Position numbers and translations under genes: made by a program
The notes under the pieces: generated by a model
Told to the model about the DNA's origin: nothing
What the model saw: only the letters and a program-made list of their open reading frames with translations
Database searches by the model: none
Source: a virus
DNA: 64,000 nucleotides
Direction: 5' to 3' (one strand)
Virus record (IMG/VR): IMGVR_UViG_3300014039_000036
Span: 1,904-65,903 of that record
Shown: positions 55,974 through 64,000 of the stretch, in pieces
Position numbering within the stretch: position 1 is the first letter of the stretch
Layout: each line of letters opens with the position of its first letter

Positions 55974-58646
55974 TCGGGACAGACGGACCAGCTGCAGGGC
56001 GTCGTCTCCGCGCATCACCGCGAAGCCCTCCGACAGGAGCATGTCCGTGTCGCTCTGCGACAGCGAGCTCCGCTCTATCACCGTGCCCTCCGAGTACCCC
56101 CGGCCTTCGGCCCATGCCCTCACCAGCTCGGTCAACGTCCCGCGGTCCACGTCCTCGTCCTCCTTCGGATCGGAGGGCGGAGCATACGGCTCCGACGTCC
56201 CTACGGGAACGTCCATGGGGACGTAGCCGTCGTCTCCGTACACCGTCACGGGATCCACATCGCACGACTCCGACAGCCTCATGGCATCCTTCCACATGGC
56301 ATCGCGATGCGCGCGACTGACCAGCGGGTCCCTCCCCGCATCCATCCTGCGGAGGGACTCGGCGCGGTCCCTGGCGGACGCCTCCCTCAGGGCCCTCCTG
56401 CGCTTCGCCTCCGTGTACTCGGGATCCACGCACATATCCTCCAGCTTCACCGGGGCAGGTGTCTTGAACGCCTCCTCTATGCGCTTCTCCTCGTCTTCCG
56501 GATATGCGACGACGGGAGGCTCCTCCTCGACCGGATATGCGACATCCGCCTCCTCCGCGGGCTTCAGCAGCTCCGCGTCGATCTCGGCGTACTTCCGCTC
56601 CATCTCCTCGCTGAGACCCTCCTCCTCGGCAGGCTCTTCGAGGTCGTCCTCCATGACGACGGGCTCCACGGGAGCCTCGGCGGCGACGCCTTCGGGAGCG
56701 ACAGCGAAGGGCATGTCCGCCTCCTCCCTCTCGGGGATCCCGGGGAGCAGGTCGTACGGGTCCTCCGCGGGCTTCTGCGGGACCTCGTCCCTGCGGAGGT
56801 CCGACGGACCGTCGTCATCGTCGTCGCGCCTGACGGCCTCGGGAAGGTCCTCCGCGGGCCTCTGCGCCGCGTAGTCGTTCCCATCGACCATGTTGAACGT
56901 GCATCTCTCGGGCAGGCGTCCGGGCTCGTGCACGCGCCTGTACACCCTGGTGGTCTTCCCGTCCACCTTGACGGGACTGGGGACCCTCTCCCAGCCGGGG
57001 CAGTACGATATCCACTGCTTCCATGCCTTGCTGACCTCGTCGGGGATCTTGGAGAACGGAGGCTCGATGCCGAATATCCTCTGGAACACGGTCAGACGCG
57101 ACACCATGGCCCCTACATGGGAGAATCCGTTCATGGGGTCGTCCAGATAATCGGCGATCATGTCCGAGTCCCTCTCGTCGGCGCAGAACGCCTGCATGGC
57201 CCTGGACAGCTCCGTGCTCTCCGCATCGGCGATGTACCACTTGTGGCCCTGCCTGTACATCTCCAGCGCCTCGGCCCATATCTGCTCCACGATATGCTGG
57301 AGCTCCTCGGGCCTTCCGTGAGAGGGGATGACCATGCCGTTCTCCCTCTGGACGTTCGGGTTGCAGTACACGGGATAGAACCTTCTGGCCCCTGTGGGGT
57401 CGGTGAAAAGGGTGTCGGTATTGGACGACGCGGCCATGATGAAATGCCTGGGATAGACGTTGTCGTGCCTCGCGTACGCCTTCCTCATATGGTCCGACGA
57501 CTGGGAGATGAACGCCTTCAGGGTCCCGAGGTCCTCGGTGTCCAGCTGCACGCCCTCTCCCAGCTCCACGATGATGGACCCGCGGACGGAGTCCAGGAAC
57601 CTCTTGGGGTCGCTGAAGTCGGTCGTGGTGTCCCTGTACCACTCGTCCTTGCCCGCGAGGTACTTCAGAGCCGTGCCTTTTCCTATTCCCTGCGTTCCGA
57701 TGAACACGGGGACGATCTCGTGCTTGACCTCCTCATAGGCGCGTGCCACGGCTCCCAGGAGCCACGCCTCGCCGACGGTGGCCAGATACTCCGCCTCCCT
57801 CTGCAGCCCGTTCTCCAGCCCTCTCAGGGCGGGAGCGGTGCCTCCGAACAGATCGCGGAAGAGCGTGGGGATGCGACGGACGCCGTCCCAGGTGAAGCTC
57901 TCTATCCACTCCCTAAACTGGTTGCGGTGGTTATCTGCGAAAAGAACGTTCAGAGCCTCGTCGCGGACCGACATGGACGGCATGCGGCCCTCCACGTCCA
58001 TGTCTATGAGCCTGCGCTCCACGTTGTCATGATAGATGCACATCAGCTCGTCGCTCATGGGACGGATGCCGGAGTCCCTTCCGAACACGGAGGTGTCCAC
58101 CATCTGCCTCTCGTTGAGCTCGTCGTACCAGAAGCAGTCCTTCAGGTCCTTCCTGCCGTACATCGCGGGCAGCATGTCCACCAGGGCGGACGTGAGCTGG
58201 GGGGACTTCATGCGGACGGGCTCGGCCACGATGCCCTTCGCGGGAGCGGGAGCGGGAGCGGTCGGGATGTCCTCCTCGTACACGGGAGCGGGTCTTCTGC
58301 GGACGATATTGTCCTCCTTCGCGGGCACCTTCGCCTGCACGGCCTGAACCCCGGGGATGTCCATCCACCACGCCTCGCGGGACCTCCTGAAGCCCTCTGC
58401 GGGCTCTATCGAGGGCGACGGCCTGAGAACGATCTCCCCTCCTCCGTTCAGGATGAGGGTCACGGTGCCGTCTATCACGAGATACGTGGGCGACGATATC
58501 GAAGCGTAATCCACGACGCCCTTCTGCGTGCACACGCCGAAGTCGCCGATGATCATGTAGTCTCCGCGAGGCCCGTAGATGATGCCGTCACGGGATGCCT
58601 TCAGGCCCAGGCTGAAGATCGATTCGAGGAATGCGTCGGAATTCAC
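55974..58646 (-). CDS. VirE (virulence-associated E)-type SF3 helicase/primase
   Basis: GTQGIGKGT, IVELGE, LKAFIS..D..RKAY, ASSN...TDPTGARRFYPV; long acidic tail; CGA at 55974-55976 followed by GGAG RBS and the next ATG. Confidence 0.85.
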
Positions 58647-58690
58647 TGTATCTATCTCATTTCATGCAATATGTTTCAGGTATATAAGCT

Positions 58691-59452
58691 TCAGTAATCA
58701 GAAGGCCACTCCGTCTCCTTCCCCTCCCTCACCAGGACGGGCATGGACCCGTGCTCCTCCGCCCATCCGCGGGCGAGGGCCTCGCACATGGCGGGATCGG
58801 GCTCGAACAGGCGGACCGGCTTCCTCCTCGGAGCGTCCTCGATGTCCTCCAGCTCCACAGCCGCGCACACCAGCTCCGCCTTGCCGAACACGAGCACGTC
58901 CCCGGGACGCACCGCGGGTCCCGCCTCCTCGGACACCATCAGATCGTCGGACGCCGTGGGGGCGGGAGGCATCGTCCTGTCCTCCCCGTCCTCCTCGGGA
59001 TCGTCGTCGAACGCTCCGAGGTCCAGGGGGGTGAATCCGTAGTCCTCCGGCTCGAACCCCATGTCCTTCAGGTCGTCGAGCTCGTCGGGCAGCAGGTCGA
59101 AGTCCCATGAGGATATCTCCTGTATCTTGTTGTCCGCGAGACGGAACATCTTCGCCTTGGCGTCGTCGAGGTCCTCGGCGATGATGCACGGCACGGCCGT
59201 ACGGCCCGTTTCCACGGCCGCCTTGAGCCTCGTGTGCCCGGTGATTATCGTCCCGTCGCGGGTCACCACGAGAGGCACCAGGAGGCCGAAGTCCCTGAAG
59301 GAGTTCTCCAGCAGCTTGACGGTCTCCTCGTTGATCCTGGGGTTCCTGCCGTAGGGCTTCAGGTCGGAGACGTTCACGTACGTGACCTTGATCCTGTCCT
59401 CGGGGTTCACCGCGGACTCGTCCGCAGGGGTGATGCTCTTCTTCCGCGTCAT
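58691..59452 (-). CDS. ParB-like N-terminal domain protein with methyltransferase flanks only
   Basis: LKPYGRNPR, FGLLVPLVV, IITGHTRLKAA, FRLADNK, WDFDLL; then PGDVLVFG and FEPDPAMC...W. Confidence 0.8.
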   Translation of the reverse strand: MTRKKSITPADESAVNPEDRIKVTYVNVSDLKPYGRNPRINEETVKLLENSFRDFGLLVPLVVTRDGTIITGHTRLKAAVETGRTAVPCIIAEDLDDAKAKMFRLADNKIQEISSWDFDLLPDELDDLKDMGFEPEDYGFTPLDLGAFDDDPEEDGEDRTMPPAPTASDDLMVSEEAGPAVRPGDVLVFGKAELVCAAVELEDIEDAPRRKPVRLFEPDPAMCEALARGWAEEHGSMPVLVREGKETEWPSDY

Positions 59453-59814
59453 GTCGGGCTGATGGCCCGATGCAGTATTTGATGATGCGGTCCCCCCGGG
59501 ACGGAGACCCGATGCACGCGGGGGACCTTGAGATGAAGGAAGAACGGCGGGAGAAGAGTAGCCCCGCCTTGAGAGTGAAGGGTGCAGAGGAGCGACACGC
59601 TCCGGTCGTCCTCGTCTTTCGCGCCTCTGCATAGGGAGTGTCTCTGGGCCGGAAGGAGATAGATAGTAGACTTCCGGCCCCGCACAGGAGACAAGTTCTA
59701 CATAGCACAGCCTATATATCTAGTTTTCTACCGTCGGATATCAGCAGGGGAGATAAGAGATCGGAAGCCCCGATTCCGGACGGACATGGTTGGATGCAAT
59801 GGCGACATCGGAGA

Positions 59815-60180
59815 AGAGTCTCCGGTTACATCGGTTACATGTTTTCGGAAACTTTGCAATGGAAGCGACGGCGGCCTCCGGAAGAGTTTTCGGAAATTTT
59901 CCCGATTTTCATGTAACTTTGTAACCGATGGATATAACCTCTCTTTCATATAAGTAGATTGGATGTAAAATAAAGAAATAATTATATACCAGTTTCCAAA
60001 ATCCCGGTTACATCGGGATGTAACCGAAATGTAACCATGTAACCGTCTCTCTACGGATTCCGTACCATACTCTACGATACTACATCATATCTCTACGAAA
60101 TACGAATCTCGAATGGAAATGCAGGAATAGGATTCCTAATCCTTATAAGAAAATGATGAGTAGAAATGTAACCGAAGACT
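59815..60180. repeat. Candidate replication origin: TGTAACC/GGTTACA iterons around an AT-rich core
   Basis: Copies at 59824, 59833, 60006 (GGTTACA) and 59920, 60019, 60030, 60038, 60167 (TGTAACC); AT-rich 59940-60000. Confidence 0.55.
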
Positions 60181-60226
60181 CATCGCCGATATGGACCATC
60201 GGAGGGGGTATATCCCCCCTCCGGGA

Positions 60227-63200
60227 TCAGCTTCTGAAGGGATGCTTCGCGATGAACGACCTCACGGCGGACTTGGCGATGGCGGTCGTCTCCCTCAGGA
60301 GATCGGGATCCACGTCGGCTCCGAGACGGCGTGCGGCGATGACGCGGGCCGCCAGACGCATCCTGTCGGACTGCGACAGGCCGTCGTAGCAGGACGACTT
60401 GGTCGCCTTGCCCTTCTCTCTGAAGGCCTGCATCACCAGAGATTGGACCGCGGTCCTGTCATTGCTGCTGACGCCATCCAGAGGCAATTCGCCCATTATC
60501 GTGCTGGTGGTGGTTCCGATGGACGCGTCTCCCACCAGCCTCATCGCCTCGGTCACCACGTCCTTCAGCTGATCGGAAAGCCCTTCATACAGATTCTTGT
60601 ATCTGTCGTTGGAGACGACCTTTTCCAGCAGCTTGGAATGACCCGGTTCGTTGCCCAGATCACTCAGGTTGAAATTCGTCATCTCATCGACTACACTCGG
60701 GGGTGAATCCAACCGGGCGATCATCTCGGGCGTCAGACCCGTGGAAGCCGTTCCGAACGGTTTCGGAGGCTCTGCGGACTTCCCCGCCGAGGGAACATTA
60801 TCGCCCTTCGGCTGTTCGACGCGTTTCTCGTCGTCCTGAAGAAGCATCCTGTTGCGCTTCCTGTTCTCTTCTGCGACATTGGCCTCATCGTCCATGAGCT
60901 TCTGTTGCACCTTCCGCTCCTTCTCGGCGGCCTTCAGCTCCGCTTCGGTAGGGTACGCCTTCTTCAGAGCCGCCAGAAGCTCCGCCTCGGGCTTGTTGCG
61001 GTTGTTCTTGTACACGTCGGCCAATCTCCTGAAACGTTCTCCCGTGTCTCCTTTGATGCCATCTGTCAGCTCCCTCTTCTTCAGATTGCCGCTTCTGTCC
61101 ATCATATAGCGGCCCACGTATGCGTTCAGGCCCAATTCCAGGAGAGCAGAATCCTTGACGGGACCGTCCTCCATCCCGGCGTATCCGGACAGCAGATCAT
61201 TGAAATCCTTCTCGAACGCGCCCTTCTTGGCCCAAGCTTCTCCACTTCTGAATCTGCTCCGGAGCTTACCGGGAGTCTTCGATTCTGCCATACGCGGCTC
61301 TGCGGCATCTCCCTTGTACTCGGCACCATCGTCCGCGTACGCCTGCTTCAGAGCATTCAGAAGATCCTCGTCGGAGCTTTCCAGATTGTCCCTGTACGCC
61401 GTAGCCAGACGCCTTACTCTGGAGGCTGCATCCTCATTCATGTACAGGGGCTCGAATGCTACGTCATCTCTGGGCTTTCCGTCCTTATCGTAGAACCCAG
61501 TATACGCATCCTCGCCCAGTCTCATAAGGAACTTGTCCGCATGTACGTTCCCCTGCAGAGCCGCCCTATAGTCTTCCAGTCTATTCCCGATTCTGATACT
61601 GTAGTTGATGAAATTGCTCTGTGCGCCAGGGTGGTCTCCGAGTCCGATCCCCTGCTCGATACGCTTCAGCCTCTCCTCCTTCCTCTGAGGGCCTTCTGTG
61701 ACCTGACTGTTCTCTTCTGCAAGCTGGTCGGGAACGACCTGAGCATTCTCCAGAGCTTTCTTCAGATCGATGTAACGCTGAGTATAATTCCTGAGATCGG
61801 CCGTGTGCTTAGGGTTCAGAATACCATCATAATTCAGAATCCTACTGATCTTGTCGAAATTCTCCCGCGCATCTTCGATGCGACCGTCATTCAACGCCTC
61901 CTCCGCCTTGGAGAGATACAGGTCTCCGGCGTCCTCCAGCGCCCATGCCATCATACCGTTCATGACATACTTGGTCCCACTGTCCGCAGCTTTCAGATTG
62001 GCATCGTACTTATCCGGGTCGGCTAATGCGGACTCCAGCATCTCCTTGGATCTCGCTCTGAGCTCGTTGTCGGCATGATTCCTCACACGCTCTTTTATCG
62101 AAACCATGTGATCCTGTACGCCGTCTTTTGTCGTCAGATCGAATTTTTCCGGATTATCCAAGAGACCCTCTACGATATCGGACCCCAGGCCCTCTCCTAG
62201 ACCCAGCTCATTCTTCAGGTAATCTCCCGTGATCTGCGCCTGTTGGGAGACCTGCACATTCGACGCAGGAGGCACCTTGTTCTGTCCGCTTGCACCCGCA
62301 TTCGATCCCACCGATGTCGTGAAATGGTCCGCCACAGTATCCGCAGGATCGACCGGAGGCGTGCCGGAACCATCTCCCAGAGGCCTCGCATCGTCATTCA
62401 TGAAGGGCATGATATTCTCAGGGGTCTGCCCCCCACTGAGTCCCATGTACTCCTTCACGAACCTCTTCTTGATGCTTCTGGCATTCTTGAACAGGACCCT
62501 GATGTCCGCCGGCACCGTATCGTCGGCCGACAGCTGCTTGGAAGCGGATACCTTCGATCCGAACGAATACAGGTTCTGCGCCGCATCCCTCAGACCATCG
62601 ATCGTGATGTCGTTCCTATTCAGATATGCCGCGGCCTCCTGGAGATCGGCTCTTGCGGATATGCACGCTCCTCTTTCGACCAATCCGTCGAGGACTCTCT
62701 GCACCTCGGGATCGGCGCTGTTGCGGAGGGCCCTGTATCCGCGGATGTCCCCCATGGCATAGCCGAATATCCCTTCCGCCTTCTTGGCCAACCCTCCCGT
62801 CCTATCCGCGGCTATCGCGCTCTTCACGGACTTCGCACCCATCAGAGCATCGATATCGTCATCCGTCACAGACCCCAGGGCGGGATTGCTCTTGAAGAAG
62901 CCCTTGACGGTCCGAGCGGCCTGAGCCTTGGCCTGTGCATTCCCCCTTGCAACGGCATCCCTCAGGTCATCGATGGCATCGTCGACCTTGGGCCCCAGCA
63001 TCCTCAGGTACTTCGAATACAGCTCTATTCTAGGGAGGGTGATATCATCGGGAAGCACCATGCCTCTTCCGGTGGCCTCGTCGGCCATGTCCATGGCGGA
63101 ATACGACGCCCGAAGGTTCTCCGCGATCTTCACGGCGAGGTCGTTCGGGTCGGCTTCCGCGATCAGCTCCGGCAGGATATTCCCTAATTTCTCGTCCAGC

Positions 63201-64000
63201 CCTCCCTTGAGGAGCGTCTGCGCCCTGAGGTCCATATACATCATCTTGGCCTGCAGGAGCGCGTACGTCTCCTCCGGGGACGCTCCGCCCGCCACGGCCT
63301 GCTTGGCCTCCTGCATGAGCCTGGTGTACTCGGTGAGCGCGACGGCCCTGGCGCCCGCCAGGTCGGATCTCCTGAGCGATCCCAGGGCGTGCATCCCCTG
63401 CGCGGACGCCACGGTGGCCGCGTACGCCGCGACGGTCCTCCTCAGCTCGGGGTGGGCGTTCACCAGGGCGTCCAGACCCTTGAATCCCGGGGTGTACAGC
63501 GGGGACGGGTCGATGCCCCTCAGCATCAGCTCGTTGCGGACACGCCTCATATCGGACTCCATCTTCCTGAACACCCCGGACAGCGGGTCGGACCGTCTCG
63601 CGGCGCTCGTCGCCATCACGTGGACGGCCTCCTCCGTCCTCCCGAGGCGCATCAGCTCGTTGGCCCACCTCTGGTCCAGCGCAGGATCCGTCGGCATGCC
63701 CTCGGCATCCAGATGGTTCCTCATGCCGAACCTCTCCATGAACCGCTTCTCCAGCGGGTCCGCCGCCTGATAGTGCGCCCAGTCGTCCGGAGCGGTGCCC
63801 ATCTGCAACCGCCTCACCCTCGCCGCCTCGGCCCTCCTGAGCCACTCCTGCTGCTCCTTGGGGTCCGTCGCCTGCGCGTTCCTCGCCCTGGCGAACCTCT
63901 CGTAGCGCATGAGCGTCTGGTGATCCTTCGGTATGTCGCCGTCGAACTCGGGAGCGACCCTCTTCGTCCTGCCTCTCGCGACCTCGTCGAACCACGCCCT
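60227..64000 (-). CDS. Giant (>1250 aa) uncharacterised helical protein, 5'-partial
   Basis: Frame stays open from 63910 to the window edge; no catalytic motif recognised. Confidence 0.75.
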   Translation of the reverse strand, partial: RAWFDEVARGRTKRVAPEFDGDIPKDHQTLMRYERFARARNAQATDPKEQQEWLRRAEAARVRRLQMGTAPDDWAHYQAADPLEKRFMERFGMRNHLDAEGMPTDPALDQRWANELMRLGRTEEAVHVMATSAARRSDPLSGVFRKMESDMRRVRNELMLRGIDPSPLYTPGFKGLDALVNAHPELRRTVAAYAATVASAQGMHALGSLRRSDLAGARAVALTEYTRLMQEAKQAVAGGASPEETYALLQAKMMYMDLRAQTLLKGGLDEKLGNILPELIAEADPNDLAVKIAENLRASYSAMDMADEATGRGMVLPDDITLPRIELYSKYLRMLGPKVDDAIDDLRDAVARGNAQAKAQAARTVKGFFKSNPALGSVTDDDIDALMGAKSVKSAIAADRTGGLAKKAEGIFGYAMGDIRGYRALRNSADPEVQRVLDGLVERGACISARADLQEAAAYLNRNDITIDGLRDAAQNLYSFGSKVSASKQLSADDTVPADIRVLFKNARSIKKRFVKEYMGLSGGQTPENIMPFMNDDARPLGDGSGTPPVDPADTVADHFTTSVGSNAGASGQNKVPPASNVQVSQQAQITGDYLKNELGLGEGLGSDIVEGLLDNPEKFDLTTKDGVQDHMVSIKERVRNHADNELRARSKEMLESALADPDKYDANLKAADSGTKYVMNGMMAWALEDAGDLYLSKAEEALNDGRIEDARENFDKISRILNYDGILNPKHTADLRNYTQRYIDLKKALENAQVVPDQLAEENSQVTEGPQRKEERLKRIEQGIGLGDHPGAQSNFINYSIRIGNRLEDYRAALQGNVHADKFLMRLGEDAYTGFYDKDGKPRDDVAFEPLYMNEDAASRVRRLATAYRDNLESSDEDLLNALKQAYADDGAEYKGDAAEPRMAESKTPGKLRSRFRSGEAWAKKGAFEKDFNDLLSGYAGMEDGPVKDSALLELGLNAYVGRYMMDRSGNLKKRELTDGIKGDTGERFRRLADVYKNNRNKPEAELLAALKKAYPTEAELKAAEKERKVQQKLMDDEANVAEENRKRNRMLLQDDEKRVEQPKGDNVPSAGKSAEPPKPFGTASTGLTPEMIARLDSPPSVVDEMTNFNLSDLGNEPGHSKLLEKVVSNDRYKNLYEGLSDQLKDVVTEAMRLVGDASIGTTTSTIMGELPLDGVSSNDRTAVQSLVMQAFREKGKATKSSCYDGLSQSDRMRLAARVIAARRLGADVDPDLLRETTAIAKSAVRSFIAKHPFRS

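Noticed and set aside
1-64000. CRISPR array, integrase or att sites, IS elements, viral tRNA or release factor
   Set aside because: No spacer-repeat array, recombinase or transposase motif, tRNA or aRF1 homolog was recognised in this window; the repeats found are intragenic or iteron-like.

Overview
This window is about 64 kb of a tailed (Caudoviricetes-type, siphovirus-like) virus or provirus, most likely of a Methanomassiliicoccales-type archaeon. The host call is an inference from archaeal TATA-like promoters, AGG-dominated Arg usage, a Flg_new-repeat adhesin and an in-frame TAG. Modules: nucleotide metabolism and regulators (1-3.7 kb, +); head and packaging genes (MCP, scaffold, ChaB-protease, portal, TerL with intein, TerS; 4.2-15 kb, -); giant uncharacterised proteins; fibres and an adhesin; a complete-looking diversity-generating retroelement (target/VR, TR, RT; no avd seen); a cassette of alternative tip genes; tail genes; replication/recombination genes (VRR-NUC, YqaJ, ERF, SNF2, VirE, ParB); and a candidate origin. 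Main result: the genes appear to use a non-standard genetic code in which CGA acts as a STOP codon. About 21 genes end at an in-frame CGA, 8 of them as CGATG stop/start overlaps and 3 as tandem CGA-TGA/TAA, and no CGA was found inside the conserved genes read by eye. TAG appears to be read through at least once (DGR RT), probably as pyrrolysine. A second striking feature is a TerL intein carrying an HNH endonuclease gene nested in a different reading frame. CDS coordinates below use CGA as stop where noted. All functional calls come from recalled motifs, not database searches.
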